The notes: generated from the letters alone by a model not told the origin. 64,000 bases of DNA from Parvibaculum sp. (GCF_030694575.1 NZ_JAUYUS010000068.1:1924-65923); one strand, 5' to 3'. Shown: positions 19,078 through 30,428, counted from the stretch's first letter. Made by a program: numbers and translations.

Positions 19078-20577
19078 ATGCCCCTGAAGCCCCGCGCCGA
19101 CCTGAAGCCCAATACGCTCGAATTCGAGAACCTGCCCCTCGTCTCCCCCAACGGGTTTCGCGAGTATGACGCGCGGTGGCTGTTCGAGAAGGAAATCAAT
19201 CTCGTCGGCGTGCAGGCGCTGGGGCTGGGGCTCGGCACGCTGATCCACGAGATGGGCGTGGCGCCGCGCATCGCGGTCGGGCACGACTTCCGCTCCTACT
19301 CCGCTTCGATCAAGCAGGCGCTCATCATCGGCCTGATGAATGCCGGCTGCGAGGTGCACGATATCGGGCTGGCGCTTTCGCCCGTCGCCTATTTTTCGCA
19401 GTTCGAACTCGATGTGCCCTGCGTCGCGATGGTGACGGCGAGCCACAACGAGAATGGCTGGACGGGTGTGAAGATGGGCGCGCAGCGGCCGCTCACCTTC
19501 GGGCCCGACGAGATGACGCGGCTGAAGGAGATCGTGCTTTCGGGCGGCGGCGAGGAGCGCGCCGGCGGGCGCTATATCCGCGTCGAAGACATGCGGGAAC
19601 GCTATATCGCCGACCTCACAGACCGGCCGAAGATCAAACGGAAGCTGCGCGTGGTGGCGGCCTGCGGCAACGGTACGGCGGGCGCCTTCGCGCCGCGCGT
19701 GCTCGAAGGGATCGGCGTCGAGGTGATCCCGCTCGATTGCGAGCTGGACTGGACCTTTCCGCGATATAATCCGAACCCGGAAGACATGGAGATGCTCCAT
19801 GCGCTGCGCGACAAGGTGCTGGAGACGGGCGCGGATGTGGGTCTCGGCTTCGACGGCGACGGCGACCGCTGTGGCGTGGTGGACGATACGGGCGAGGAAA
19901 TCTTCGCCGACAAGGTGGGCGTGATGCTCGCGCGCGACCTGTCGGCGCAATATCCGAATGCGCAGTTCGTAGTCGACGTGAAATCGACCGGGCTCTTCCT
20001 CACCGATCCGGTGCTGATCGCGAACGGCGCGAAGACGGATTACTGGAAGACGGGCCACTCTTATATCAAGCGGCGCGCGCATGAACTGAACGCTCTCGTC
20101 GGCTTCGAGAAGTCGGGCCACTATTTCTTCAATCCGCCGATCGGGCGCGGCTATGACGACGGGCTCGTCTCCGCCATCGCGATCTGCGATATGCTGGACC
20201 GGAACCCGGCGAAGAAGATGTCGGAGCTGCGCGAAGACCTGCCGAAGACTTGGGGCTCGCCCACCATGTCGCCGCATTGCCCGGACGAAAAGAAATACGA
20301 AGTCGTGGAACGGATGGTGAAGCTCTTTTCCGGCATGGCCGACAAGGGCGAAAAACTTCTCGGCCAGAAAATCCGCGACGTGGTGACGGTGAACGGCGTG
20401 CGCGTGACGACGGAAGACGGGACGTGGGGCCTTGTCCGCGCCTCATCGAACAAGCCGGGACTCGTGGTCGTGGTGGAAAGCCCGGCATCGGAAGCGAACA
20501 TGCGCGCCATGTTCGCCGAGATCGACGGGCATCTTTCGGCGCAGCCGGAAGTGGGCGAGTACGACCAGAAGATCTAG
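19078..20577 (+). CDS. Phosphomannomutase/phosphoglucomutase
   Basis: GFREYDARW, VTASHNENG, GFDGDGDR, GFEKSGH, LVRASSN. Confidence 0.93.
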   Translation: MPLKPRADLKPNTLEFENLPLVSPNGFREYDARWLFEKEINLVGVQALGLGLGTLIHEMGVAPRIAVGHDFRSYSASIKQALIIGLMNAGCEVHDIGLALSPVAYFSQFELDVPCVAMVTASHNENGWTGVKMGAQRPLTFGPDEMTRLKEIVLSGGGEERAGGRYIRVEDMRERYIADLTDRPKIKRKLRVVAACGNGTAGAFAPRVLEGIGVEVIPLDCELDWTFPRYNPNPEDMEMLHALRDKVLETGADVGLGFDGDGDRCGVVDDTGEEIFADKVGVMLARDLSAQYPNAQFVVDVKSTGLFLTDPVLIANGAKTDYWKTGHSYIKRRAHELNALVGFEKSGHYFFNPPIGRGYDDGLVSAIAICDMLDRNPAKKMSELREDLPKTWGSPTMSPHCPDEKKYEVVERMVKLFSGMADKGEKLLGQKIRDVVTVNGVRVTTEDGTWGLVRASSNKPGLVVVVESPASEANMRAMFAEIDGHLSAQPEVGEYDQKI

Positions 20578-20716
20578 CCGCATGGCATCGATCGGAGATC
20601 ATCGCCGCTCTCAATGAGGTTCAGGCCTCTGTGTGATTTGAACAGGCGTCGCGCTTGCTCTTGCCTGCCCTCCCGGTCACTCTCGTCCGAACGAGAAAAG
20701 GCGGAGGCGCAGAGCG

Positions 20717-21814
20717 ATGGGCGAGACATCAAGCGACGAACTGATCGACGCCGTCGATGCGCTGTTGCCCGCGCTGCTGCAGGCGATGGAGGCGGTGGCG
20801 TTTATCGGGCGGCACCTGCATCCGCCGCTGATCGGCAATCTGGTCGAACAGATGGAGCCCGTCGCGGCGCGGCTGGCCGAGGCGCGGCTGGCGTTCGACG
20901 AGGCGGAATGGCCGGAGCATCTGTGCGCGTTTCGCGACCATGTGCGCGAGGCGGCGGACGAGACGGAGAGGACATTCGCCGGGCTGCGCGCGGCGGGGGA
21001 CGATCCGTCGGCGGCGGGCGGCGCGATCTTCGGCACCTACCGGGCGATGCGGCACGGGCCGCGCGCGATGGAGGCGCTTTACCCGGTGAGCGCAATGCTG
21101 CCGCCGGTGAGCCGGTTCTTCCTCGAAGGCGGTGCGCGGGACGACGAGACGCTGCTGGCATCGCTTGCCGAGGGCATGGCGCGCGAGGATACCGGCATCC
21201 ACCATTTCGGCAATGAGAAGGGGCAACGCGGCGGCTTCTCGCTTTACGTGCCGGAGACCTATGACGCGGCCCGCGCACATCCGCTGATCGTTGCGTGTCA
21301 TGGCGGGAGCGGACACGGGCGCGGTTTTCTCTGGACGTGGCTCATGAATGCGCGCTCGCGCGGGGCCATCCTCATCAGCCCGACATCGCTCGACGCGACA
21401 TGGTCCCTGATGGAGCCGGAGCAGGACCGCGCCTCGCTGGCTCGCATGATGGCGCATGTGGGCGAGCGCTGGAACGTCGATGCGAGCCGTATCCTGCTCA
21501 CCGGCATGAGCGACGGCGGCACCTTCACCTATCTCGCGGGGCTGGCGGGCGGACCCTTCACGCATCTCGCGCCGGTATCGGCCGCGTGGCATCCGATGCT
21601 GCTGACGATGGCGGCGCCGGCGCGGCTCGCCGCCCTGACCGTCTACATCACGCATGGCGCGCTCGACTGGATGTTCGCCGCAGACATGGCGCGGCTGGCT
21701 CACGCCGAACTTTCGGCGGCGGGCGCAGACGTCACCTACCGGGAAATCGCAGACCTGTCGCATACCTATCCGCGCGAGGAGAATGCGCGGATCATGGACT
21801 GGTTTCTATCCTGA
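20717..21814 (+). CDS. Alpha/beta hydrolase (phospholipase/carboxylesterase-like) with N-terminal helical extension
   Basis: PLIVACHGGSG, LTGMSDGG nucleophile elbow, HGALD, HTYP. Confidence 0.8.
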   Translation: MGETSSDELIDAVDALLPALLQAMEAVAFIGRHLHPPLIGNLVEQMEPVAARLAEARLAFDEAEWPEHLCAFRDHVREAADETERTFAGLRAAGDDPSAAGGAIFGTYRAMRHGPRAMEALYPVSAMLPPVSRFFLEGGARDDETLLASLAEGMAREDTGIHHFGNEKGQRGGFSLYVPETYDAARAHPLIVACHGGSGHGRGFLWTWLMNARSRGAILISPTSLDATWSLMEPEQDRASLARMMAHVGERWNVDASRILLTGMSDGGTFTYLAGLAGGPFTHLAPVSAAWHPMLLTMAAPARLAALTVYITHGALDWMFAADMARLAHAELSAAGADVTYREIADLSHTYPREENARIMDWFLS

Positions 21815-22648
21815 TCAGCCGAACAGCCGGTAGAACATCTGCAGCGAGGTGAGGGCGAGGAAGAGCGCGAAGGCGCGGATGAGTGCCTTCGGGCTGATGG
21901 CATGCGCGAGCGCGGCGCCCCAGGGGGCCGCGAGCACGGAGAGCGGAGCGATGAGCGCCATGCCGATCAGGTTCACATAGCCGAGGCTGAATGGCGGGAG
22001 GAGCGGATCGTTCCAGCCGGCCCAGATGAAACCAATGACGGCCGGGACCGCAATCAGCACACCGAGGCCGGACGAGGTGGCAACCGCCTCGCGCGGATTT
22101 TTGCCGTAGAGCGTCATGAAGCTCACCGCGAATGTGCCGCCGCCGATGCCCATGAGCGCGGAGAGCATGCCGATGACGCCTGCAACGGAATATTGCGCGG
22201 GCTTGCCCGGCAGTTCGGTGCCGAGGCGCCAGCTTTCCTTGCCGAAGGCGAGATTGGCGGCAACGACAAGCGCGATGGTGGCGAAGACGGCCGTCAGTAC
22301 GTCGCCGCCAACATAAGCGGCGATCAGCGTGCCGCTGGCGACGCCGACAAGTATCGGCAAGGCCCAGCTTTTCAGCATGTCCCAGTCGACCGCGCCTTTT
22401 TTCGCGTGCGCGCGGACGGAACGGATGGAAGTGAGGATGATGGTGCCGAGCGATGTGCCGACGGCGAGATGCATGCGCACCGCTTCGTCGATGCCGAGCA
22501 GCGTGAAGACGTGATAGAGCACGGGCACGATGACGATCCCGCCACCGACGCCGAGGAGACCGGCGAGAACGCCGGCGACGAGACCCGTAACCACGAGGCC
22601 CGCCGCAAAGGGCGCGAGTTCCATCAGCGTCATCGCTTCGATATTCAT
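21815..22648 (-). CDS. Sulfite exporter TauE/SafE family membrane protein
   Basis: GVLAGLLGVGGGIVIVP, AVGTSL, SALMGIGGG. Confidence 0.9.
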   Translation of the reverse strand: MNIEAMTLMELAPFAAGLVVTGLVAGVLAGLLGVGGGIVIVPVLYHVFTLLGIDEAVRMHLAVGTSLGTIILTSIRSVRAHAKKGAVDWDMLKSWALPILVGVASGTLIAAYVGGDVLTAVFATIALVVAANLAFGKESWRLGTELPGKPAQYSVAGVIGMLSALMGIGGGTFAVSFMTLYGKNPREAVATSSGLGVLIAVPAVIGFIWAGWNDPLLPPFSLGYVNLIGMALIAPLSVLAAPWGAALAHAISPKALIRAFALFLALTSLQMFYRLFG

Positions 22649-22703
22649 ACGCTTCTTACTTTCGATTGACCCGACGACAGGGAACGGTCGCCGGTGCCGC
22701 CCG

Positions 22704-23711
22704 CTAGCGCGCCACGGCGAGAGGAAGAGCAGTTTCGTCCGGATCGCGCACCAGCGCCATCGCCTCGCGGATCACTTCCGCGCCCGCGCCGGGACGGGGC
22801 GCGTTTTCCGACAAATGGCGGCGGAAGGCGCGCGCGCCGGGGCAGCCCTGGAAGAGGCCCAGTATATGCCGCGTCATCGCATGGAGATGCGTTCCATGCG
22901 CCAATTCTCTTTGCACATAGGGCATGAAGGCATCCAGCACGTCGTGGCGGCTGGGTATCTCGCGGCCGTCGCCGTAGAAGCGGCGGTCGGCTTCGGCGAG
23001 AATATAGGGATGCTGATAGGCGGCGCGGCCGAGCATCGCGCCATCGACATGGGCCAAGTGCGCTTCCGCCTCGTCGAGCGTTTCGATGCCGCCATTGATG
23101 ATGATTTCCATGTCCGGCATCGTCTGCTTGAGGCGGTAGACCAGCGGATAGTCGAGCGGGGGCACGTCGCGGTTTTCCTTCGGCGACAGGCCTTCGAGCC
23201 AGGCCTTGCGCGCATGGACGATGAGCGTTTCGCAGCCGGCCCCGCGCACGGCCCTGGCCATGGCGGGCAGCGCCGCCTCCGGCTCTTGTTCGTCGACGCC
23301 GATGCGGCATTTCACGGTGACTGGAATGGAGACCGCTTCCTTCATCGCGTCGACGCAGCGCCCGACAAGATCCGGCTCACGCATCAGACAGGCGCCAAAG
23401 CGGCCGGACTGCACGCGGTCGGACGGGCAGCCGACGTTGAGATTGATTTCATCGTAGCCGAAATCCGCCGCGATCCGGGCACTCTCGGCAAGATCCGCCG
23501 GCTCCGAACCGCCGAGCTGCACCGCCACAGGGTGTTCCGACGGATCGAAACCAAGCAGGCGCGCGCGATCCCCATGCAGCACGGCGCCCGTCGTCACCAT
23601 CTCCGTATAGAGGAGTGCCCGGCGCGTAATGAGGCGCAGGAAGAACCGGTCATGACGATCGGTCCAGTCCATCATGGGGGCGACGGAGATTTTATTTGTC
23701 AGCGTATTCAA
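22704..23711 (-). CDS. dusA: tRNA dihydrouridine(20/20a) synthase
   Basis: SVAPMMDWTDRHDRFF, LYTEMVTTGA, EINLNVGCPSDRVQSGRFGACLM, VHARKAWLEGLSPKENR; TTG start. Confidence 0.95.
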   Translation of the reverse strand: MNTLTNKISVAPMMDWTDRHDRFFLRLITRRALLYTEMVTTGAVLHGDRARLLGFDPSEHPVAVQLGGSEPADLAESARIAADFGYDEINLNVGCPSDRVQSGRFGACLMREPDLVGRCVDAMKEAVSIPVTVKCRIGVDEQEPEAALPAMARAVRGAGCETLIVHARKAWLEGLSPKENRDVPPLDYPLVYRLKQTMPDMEIIINGGIETLDEAEAHLAHVDGAMLGRAAYQHPYILAEADRRFYGDGREIPSRHDVLDAFMPYVQRELAHGTHLHAMTRHILGLFQGCPGARAFRRHLSENAPRPGAGAEVIREAMALVRDPDETALPLAVAR

Positions 23712-23797
23712 GAGTTTACCCGGACCTCGGGAGCATTCAAGCGGCCTAGTTTACGCTGTTGTACCCGCCGATGCGCCTGATGGCACATGAAAATTCC
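23657..23797. repeat. dusA 5' end plus upstream DNA, copy 1 (att site of island)
   Basis: Aligns by eye with 54733-54874; shared blocks TCCATCATGGG, GGAGATTTTATTTGTC, GTATTCAA, GGGAGC, GGCCTAGTTTACGCT, GAAAATTCC. Confidence 0.9.
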
Positions 23798-23806
23798 GCC
23801 TGCCTT

Positions 23807-24478
23807 TCAGGCATCGCAAGCATCGGCATCTTGTGTTGAGAACTTCAAATGCTCAGGGCCATAAATCCTCAGGAAATCATCGAGCGCGCCGTCAAGATAT
23901 CGATCTATTTCCTCCGGCGCGAGCCTCACGTCTTCACCACAAAGCACCTTCATCTGGTACTCACCGAGTACAAGCGCGATGAAAACGTCGGCCGCGCGCG
24001 CCGGATCGCCGATGTGGAGCAAGCCGCGCAGTGATTGCTTCTCAAGATAGGTCGAGACAATTTGTCGTCCCCTGGCGGGTCCTGCTTTGTAGAAGGTGGC
24101 GCCGACTTCGGGGAAATATGGCGCCTCAGCAATAACGAGGCGGAGCAGCGACATCTTCGGCTGCTGGATCACGCCGTCGAAAAACTGTCTGGCGACGACG
24201 TGAAGCGCCTCACGGAGCGGGCGCTCGTCGATATCTTCCGAAGCGAGAACCCCGAAGAAATTCTGACACTCTTCTTCGATCATCTCCTGAAAGAGACCAG
24301 CCTTCCCGCCAAAGAGGTCATAGAGCGTTGCAAGCGATCCGCCCGATACGCCCACAATGTCGTTGAGACTGGTAGCGCCATATCCTTGCTGCAGAAAGAC
24401 ATCACGTGCGGCATCGAGAATCGCCTGTCGTCTTTTCTCGCGGCGAGTCGGTTCCTTGTGCCCCGGCCCCTGTCTCAT
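23807..24478 (-). CDS. TetR/AcrR family transcriptional regulator
   Basis: RRQAILDAARDVFLQQGYGATSLNDIV..SLATLYDLFGGKAGLF; last gene of the RND operon, 4-bp overlap with the OMF gene. Confidence 0.92.
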   Translation of the reverse strand: MRQGPGHKEPTRREKRRQAILDAARDVFLQQGYGATSLNDIVGVSGGSLATLYDLFGGKAGLFQEMIEEECQNFFGVLASEDIDERPLREALHVVARQFFDGVIQQPKMSLLRLVIAEAPYFPEVGATFYKAGPARGRQIVSTYLEKQSLRGLLHIGDPARAADVFIALVLGEYQMKVLCGEDVRLAPEEIDRYLDGALDDFLRIYGPEHLKFSTQDADACDA

Positions 24479-25923
24479 CGTTCTCCCCCCCCATTTTCAG
24501 CGGCGCTTTGTTCGAAGCCGCCCCCACCCAGAACCTTGTACAGAGTGACTGTATTGCTCACTTGCGCAAGCTGGGTGCGAATAAGCTCCTGCTCCGCTGC
24601 GTAAAGCGAGCGTTGCGCATCGAGCAAAGTGAGATAGCTGTCGATCCCGCTGCGATATCGGCGCTCCGCGAGCGCGTAGCTCTCCGCTGTCGCTGTCACC
24701 AGCGCACGTTGCGCGTCCAGTTGTCCACCGTAGGTGCCCTGCCCGGCCAGAGCATCCACCACTTCGCGGAAGGCCGTCTGAATACTCTTTTCGTAGCGCG
24801 CGATATTGATGTCCTTCTGGACCTCCGCGACTTCGAGGTTGGCGATGTTCCGCCCGCCTTCAAAAATCGGAATGCTGATCTGGGGCATGAAACTCCATGC
24901 GCCGGAGCCGGGCTCAAACAGGCCGGAAAGCGAGCTGCTGGCCGTGCCGCCTGCAGCCGTCAAGGTGATCCTGGGAAAGAAGGCGGCCCGCGCCGCGCCG
25001 ATATTCGCGTTGGCGCCCCGCAGAGAATGCTCAGCCTGCCTGATGTCGGGGCGGTTCGCGAGCAGGTCCGAGGGTAGTCCTGTCGGCACGTCCGCGACGA
25101 AGCGGTCGATGTCCTGCGCGTCGTCCAGCGTCGCATCGTCGACGGGCGCGCCGACAAGCAGCGTCAAGGCGTTGCGGTCCTGTGCGACCTGACGGATGAA
25201 GGCGAAGCGGTTCACCCGTGCCGTCTCGACAGCGGTCTGTGCCTGTGCGAGATCAAGTTTCGACGACATGCCTCGTTCATAGGTCATCTTTACGAGATCG
25301 TAGGAGCGCTCCTGCGCCGCCAGCGTTTCCTCGGTGAGCTGCAACAGGCGTTGGTCCGCCCTGAGCGTCAGCCAGGCATTGGCAACTTCGGCGATCAACG
25401 CGATCTGCGCGGCGCGGCGCGCTTCGTCCGTGGAAAAATATTCCCGAAGAGCCTGCTCGTTGAGGCTACGCACCCGGCCAAAGAGATCCAGCTCATAAGC
25501 TGCGACATTCGCCTGCACGCTGTAGCTCGTTCCCGTGCTCGCTTGTCCTGTGCCCGAAAGATCGCCCGGCACCCGCTCACGCGCCATCGTACCGTCGCCG
25601 CTGATGCCCGGCAGCAAATCCGCGCGCTGCACTCGGTATAATGCGCGCGCCTCTTCCACATTGAGCACCGCCTCACGCAGATCGCGATTGTTTTCCAGCG
25701 CCTGCGCGATCAGCTTTTGCATCGCGTCCGACAAAAAGAAGTCCCGCCAGCCGAGAGCAGCGAGATCGACATCGCCCTTCACGGAAATATTCACTTCGCT
25801 GTAGGCCGCGCCGGACGGCCACCTGGCCGGCAGAGGCGCATTGGGCCGTTCATAGTCCGGCGCCAATGTGCAGGCGCTGAGCAGAGGCAACGACAGGACG
25901 ATCAGGGGAAGAAACTTGTTCAT
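24475..25923 (-). CDS. RND efflux outer membrane lipoprotein (OprM/NodT family)
   Basis: Lipobox LLSAC; NNRDLR; [12 protein letters not shown]; [13 protein letters not shown]. Confidence 0.93.
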   Translation of the reverse strand: MNKFLPLIVLSLPLLSACTLAPDYERPNAPLPARWPSGAAYSEVNISVKGDVDLAALGWRDFFLSDAMQKLIAQALENNRDLREAVLNVEEARALYRVQRADLLPGISGDGTMARERVPGDLSGTGQASTGTSYSVQANVAAYELDLFGRVRSLNEQALREYFSTDEARRAAQIALIAEVANAWLTLRADQRLLQLTEETLAAQERSYDLVKMTYERGMSSKLDLAQAQTAVETARVNRFAFIRQVAQDRNALTLLVGAPVDDATLDDAQDIDRFVADVPTGLPSDLLANRPDIRQAEHSLRGANANIGAARAAFFPRITLTAAGGTASSSLSGLFEPGSGAWSFMPQISIPIFEGGRNIANLEVAEVQKDINIARYEKSIQTAFREVVDALAGQGTYGGQLDAQRALVTATAESYALAERRYRSGIDSYLTLLDAQRSLYAAEQELIRTQLAQVSNTVTLYKVLGGGGFEQSAAENGGGER

Positions 25924-28900
25924 CGATCTGCTTCCGTTTCCGGCAGGGGCGTCGCTGTTGGTCGCTTCTGCAAGAAGCGCTGCACCACGACGAAGAAAAG
26001 CGGCACGAAGAAGATGGCGAGAACGGTCGCCGAGATCATGCCGCCCATGACGCCGATGCCGATGGCATTCTGGCTGCCCGATCCGGGGCCGGAGGCGATC
26101 GCCAACGGCATAACGCCGAGTGTGAATGCGAGCGACGTCATGATGATCGGCCGCAGACGCAATCGGGCCGCGTGCATCGTCGCCTCAATGAGGCTCTCAC
26201 CGCCCTGATAGAGATCTTTTGCGAACTCGACGATCAGAATGGCGTTTTTCGCAGCAAGGCCGATCGTAACGAGCAGGCCCACCTGGAAATAGACGTCGTT
26301 GGACAGTCCAGTCATGGTGGCCGCAAGCACGGCGCCGAGAACGCCGAGTGGAACGACGAGCATCACCGAGATCGGGATCGACCAGCTTTCATAAAGCGCG
26401 GCAAGACAGAGGAAAACGAACAGGAGCGAAAGCGCATAAAGAGCCGGCGCTTGCGCACCCGCCTGCCGTTCCTCATAAGACAATCCTGTCCACTCATAGC
26501 CAACGCCTTCCGGCAGCTGATCCATCAGTTCTTCCATTGCGACCATGGCGTCGCCCGAACTCACGCCCGGCGCAGCGGAGCCCTGTATCTGGCGCGAGGA
26601 TGATCCGTTGAAGCGCTCGAGCCGCGGCGAACCGTATGTCCAGTGCGTGGTCGCAAACGCGGAAAAAGGCACCATTTCACCGTTCGCATTGCGTACATGG
26701 AGCTTATAGACGTCCTCCGGCAGCATACGGAACTTCGCATCTGCCTGAAGATAGACTTTCTTGACGCGCCCCTGGTCGATGAAATCGTTGATATAGCTGG
26801 ATCCCCAAGCTGCCGACAGCGTGCTGTTGACGTCGGACAACGCGAGGCCAAGCGCCGCTGCCTTCTCCTGGTCCACATCGACGCGGAACTCCGGCATATC
26901 GTCCAGTCCGTTCGGCCGCACACCAACGAGTTTCGGATTTTGCGCAGCAAGTCCGAGAAGCTGGTTGCGCGCTTGCATAAGCTTATCGTGACCGATCCCA
27001 GCACGATCGATGAGCTGCATGTCGAAGCCCGAAGCCGTCCCGAGTTCCGTGATCGATGGTGGAATAATGGCGAAGGCCATGGCGTCCTGCATGGTGCTGA
27101 AAAAACCCATGGCGCGTTGCGCAACGCTGAAGGCGCTTGTCTCGTCCGTTCCGCGCTCGTCGAATGGCTTCAAGTTGATGAAAGCCATTGCCGAATTCTG
27201 GCCCGCGCCGGCGAAATTGAACCCCACGACCGAAAACAGGCCCTGCACGGAATCCTTCTCCTGCTCCATGAAATAATTTTCCACGAGCTTCACGGATTCC
27301 CGTGTGCGCTCTGCAGACGCGCCCGCCGGCGTCGTAATCAAAGTCATCATGAAGCCCTGATCCTCGTCCGGCAGGAAGGACGCCGGGAGACGGAGAAAGA
27401 GAGCACCGAGGATGACGACAATGACGGCGTAGATGGCCATATAGCGCACCGGCCCGGCGAGAAAGCGGCGCACGCCCGATTCGTATGAACGTCCGCCGCG
27501 GTCAAACATGCGGTTGAACCAGCCGAAGAAACCTCGTTTCTCCTCACCGTGGTTTGTCGTCGGCTTCAGGATCGTGGCACAGAGTGCGGGCGTCAGCACC
27601 AGTGCGACAATCACCGACAGCACCATGGCCGACACGATTGTCAGCGAGAACTGGCGATAGATCGCGCCGGTCGATCCAGCGAAGAACGCCATCGGAATAA
27701 GGACCGCACTGAGTACGAGACCAATGCCGATCAACGCGCCTGTAATCTGGCTCATGGACTTTCGGGTCGCCTCGCGTGGCGATAAGCCCTCCTCGTTCAT
27801 GACACGTTCGACGTTTTCCACCACTACGATCGCGTCGTCGACGAGGAGACCGATCGCCAGCACCATGCCGAACATGGTGAGCGTGTTGATCGTAAAGCCG
27901 AATGCGGCGAGAATTCCGAACGTACCGAGAAGAACGACAGGGACGGCGACGGCGGGAATGAATGTCGCACGGACGTTCTGCAGGAACAGATACATCACAA
28001 GAATGACAAGCACGATCGCTTCGGCAAGCGTCTTGATCACCTCGTTGATCGAGAGCCGGACGAAGGGAGTTGTATCGTACGGGATGACTGACTTCAGACC
28101 TTCGGGAAAGAAGGGTTCGAGATCGGCAAGTTTCGCGCGAACCGCTTCCGCCGTGTCGAGTGCATTCGCTCCCGTTGCCAGCCGGATGGCAATGCCGGAG
28201 GCCGGATCGCCGTTATAGCGTCCGATCGTTTGATAGCTCTCGGAACCAAGCTCGACACGCGCGACATCCTTGAGGCGCACCTGCGATCCATCCTCGTTGA
28301 CGCGGAGCAGAATGCTCTCGAACTGGGCCGGTGTTTCAAGGCGCGTCTGTGCCGTCACTGTGGCGTTGAGCTGCTGGCCTGCCACCGCCGGGCGAGCGCC
28401 GATCTGTCCTGCCGACACTTCCGCATTCTGTGCACTTATCGCGGTGGAAATATCCGATACCGCTACTCCGTAGCTCTGCAGTTTTTGCGGATCGATCCAG
28501 ATGCGCATGGCATGCTGAGGCCCGAAAAGCTGAATCTCGCCTACGCCGTTTACGCGGCTTAATGGATCCTGGATATGCGATGCGACGTAGTCAGCGATTT
28601 CGGTTTCGTTTATCCGGCCGTCCGTCGAAATGAACGCGATAACCATGAGGAAGTTTCTGGCTGATTTCGCGACCGTCACACCCTGCTGCTGCACTTCCTG
28701 CGGCAAGAGGGGCAGAGCCGCTTGCAGCTTGTTCTGCACCTGGACCTGGGCAATATCCGGATCGGCTTCCGGCTCGAACGTAAGCGTGACCGTACCGGTG
28801 CCCGATGAGTCGCTGGTCGAGGACATGTAGCGGAGGTAGTCGAGGCCGCTCATCTTTTGTTCGATGACCTGCGTCACGGTGTTTTCGACCGTTCGCGCGG

Positions 28901-29057
28901 AGGCCCCCGGATAGGTGCCGGTGACGGTCACCGAGGGGGGCGCGATAGGCGGATACTGCTCGATCGGCAGCTGCATGATCGACAGCACGCCGGCCAGCAT
29001 GATGACAATGGCAATGACCCAGGCGAAGACGGGACGGTCGATAAAGAAATTCGCCAT
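25920..29057 (-). CDS. RND efflux permease (AcrB/MexB family, HAE1)
   Basis: [14 protein letters not shown]; [18 protein letters not shown]; [15 protein letters not shown]; RLRPIIMTS. Confidence 0.96.
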   Translation of the reverse strand: MANFFIDRPVFAWVIAIVIMLAGVLSIMQLPIEQYPPIAPPSVTVTGTYPGASARTVENTVTQVIEQKMSGLDYLRYMSSTSDSSGTGTVTLTFEPEADPDIAQVQVQNKLQAALPLLPQEVQQQGVTVAKSARNFLMVIAFISTDGRINETEIADYVASHIQDPLSRVNGVGEIQLFGPQHAMRIWIDPQKLQSYGVAVSDISTAISAQNAEVSAGQIGARPAVAGQQLNATVTAQTRLETPAQFESILLRVNEDGSQVRLKDVARVELGSESYQTIGRYNGDPASGIAIRLATGANALDTAEAVRAKLADLEPFFPEGLKSVIPYDTTPFVRLSINEVIKTLAEAIVLVILVMYLFLQNVRATFIPAVAVPVVLLGTFGILAAFGFTINTLTMFGMVLAIGLLVDDAIVVVENVERVMNEEGLSPREATRKSMSQITGALIGIGLVLSAVLIPMAFFAGSTGAIYRQFSLTIVSAMVLSVIVALVLTPALCATILKPTTNHGEEKRGFFGWFNRMFDRGGRSYESGVRRFLAGPVRYMAIYAVIVVILGALFLRLPASFLPDEDQGFMMTLITTPAGASAERTRESVKLVENYFMEQEKDSVQGLFSVVGFNFAGAGQNSAMAFINLKPFDERGTDETSAFSVAQRAMGFFSTMQDAMAFAIIPPSITELGTASGFDMQLIDRAGIGHDKLMQARNQLLGLAAQNPKLVGVRPNGLDDMPEFRVDVDQEKAAALGLALSDVNSTLSAAWGSSYINDFIDQGRVKKVYLQADAKFRMLPEDVYKLHVRNANGEMVPFSAFATTHWTYGSPRLERFNGSSSRQIQGSAAPGVSSGDAMVAMEELMDQLPEGVGYEWTGLSYEERQAGAQAPALYALSLLFVFLCLAALYESWSIPISVMLVVPLGVLGAVLAATMTGLSNDVYFQVGLLVTIGLAAKNAILIVEFAKDLYQGGESLIEATMHAARLRLRPIIMTSLAFTLGVMPLAIASGPGSGSQNAIGIGVMGGMISATVLAIFFVPLFFVVVQRFLQKRPTATPLPETEADR

Positions 29058-29107
29058 GTTGAACTAACGCTCCGTTGAACCTGAATCGCGTCTACGCTCG
29101 CCGAGCC

Positions 29108-30292
29108 TCAGGGCTTCTGGCCCTGCTGCTGTGCTGCGCCCGCGGGCTGTTGTGTGCCCTCGCCTGCTTCCACCGCCTTGACCTCGACACCCGGCTGCAA
29201 TTTCTGCACACCCGCGATCACGACACGGTCGCCGGATTCGAGCCCCTCGCTTATGAGCCATTTGTCTCCGACGGCACGAAGCGCAGTGACGGTTTTCTGC
29301 GTCACCTTCTCGTCGTCGCCCACAAGCCAGACCTGCGCTTTTCCATCCGGTGTACGGGATACGCCCTGCTGCGGAACGAGGATCGCATTCTCGAGTACGC
29401 CCTGCTGCACGATGGCCCTTACGAACAGGCCAGGCAGAAGTTCGGCATTGGGATTGGGGAAGATTGCGCGCAACTGAACCATGCTGGTATCCGGTGCGAC
29501 TGTGACGCCCGAGAACTGAAGCTCGCCCGTGCCGCCATACTGCTCTTCGCTGCCTTCGAGCTTCAACGTTACGGGCGCCTTGCTGCCCTTCGCCCCCTGG
29601 ATCCTGCCCTCGGCCATTGCGCGCTTCATCCGGAGCAGGTCGGCCGCGGATTGCGTGAGATCGACATAGATGGGGTCGAGCTGCGTCACGGTGGCAAGTT
29701 CCGTCGCCTGGTTGGCTGTGACCAGCGCTCCTTCCGTCACCGAAGAGCGGCTGATGATGCCCGAAATCGGCGCAATGACTTTTGTGTAGGCGAGATTTGT
29801 TTCCGCGGTATCGAGGTTCGCCTTCGCCGTAGCGACATCCGCAGAACTCTGGGCGAGCGTAGCCATGACGTCGTCATAGTCCTGCTTGCTCACCGCGTTC
29901 ACAGCGACAAGTTCCTTGTAGCGGGCGGCGCGGGCCCTCTCGGCCTTCTCATTCGCTGCCGCCTTCGCTAACGCGGCCTTCGCCGCATCGAAATTTGCCT
30001 GATAAAGCGCGGGATCGATCTGGTAGAGCTGCTGCCCTTCCTCGACCTTTGTGCCCTCTTCAAAGAGACGCTTCTGGACGATGCCGGTCACCTGAGGCCG
30101 GATCTCCGCCACGCGGAAGGCCGATGTGCGCCCGGAAAGCTCCGTGATCACTTCAAGCTGCTCGGGCTTCACTGTTACTACACTGACTTCCGTCGGTGGG
30201 GGACCGGCCTGCTCTTCACCGCTGTCGCATCCGCTCAGGACGGCCGCCGCCACAAGGAAAGCCGCGAGCCTTACAATCACTCCGCCACGCAT
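29108..30292 (-). CDS. RND efflux periplasmic adaptor (AcrA/MexA family)
   Basis: Lipobox VLSGC; RVAEIRPQVTGIV; VTQLDPIYVDL; AGGAG RBS before ATG 30292. Confidence 0.93.
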   Translation of the reverse strand: MRGGVIVRLAAFLVAAAVLSGCDSGEEQAGPPPTEVSVVTVKPEQLEVITELSGRTSAFRVAEIRPQVTGIVQKRLFEEGTKVEEGQQLYQIDPALYQANFDAAKAALAKAAANEKAERARAARYKELVAVNAVSKQDYDDVMATLAQSSADVATAKANLDTAETNLAYTKVIAPISGIISRSSVTEGALVTANQATELATVTQLDPIYVDLTQSAADLLRMKRAMAEGRIQGAKGSKAPVTLKLEGSEEQYGGTGELQFSGVTVAPDTSMVQLRAIFPNPNAELLPGLFVRAIVQQGVLENAILVPQQGVSRTPDGKAQVWLVGDDEKVTQKTVTALRAVGDKWLISEGLESGDRVVIAGVQKLQPGVEVKAVEAGEGTQQPAGAAQQQGQKP

Positions 30293-30396
30293 CTCGACTC
30301 CTGTCGGTATCCACGAAAGGGAACCGTCCCGGTGCGCAGAAAAGGGGGAGTGCGCGAGCATGGCGGGGGGATATGCCACGACCGAGACGACTATTC

Positions 30397-30428
30397 ATGT
30401 AATGTACGATACATTACATTTTTGTCAA
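30397..30428 (-). promoter_or_regulatory. RND operon promoter with perfect palindromic TetR-type operator
   Basis: ATGTAATGTA-CGA-TACATTACAT (30397-30419) overlapping TTGACA-N16-TACATT on the minus strand. Confidence 0.75.

Noticed and set aside
17977-20577. 866-aa ORF suggesting an extended phosphomutase
   Set aside because: The upstream part overlaps cobA and the aspartic protease; the real start is 19078, with GGAGA before it.
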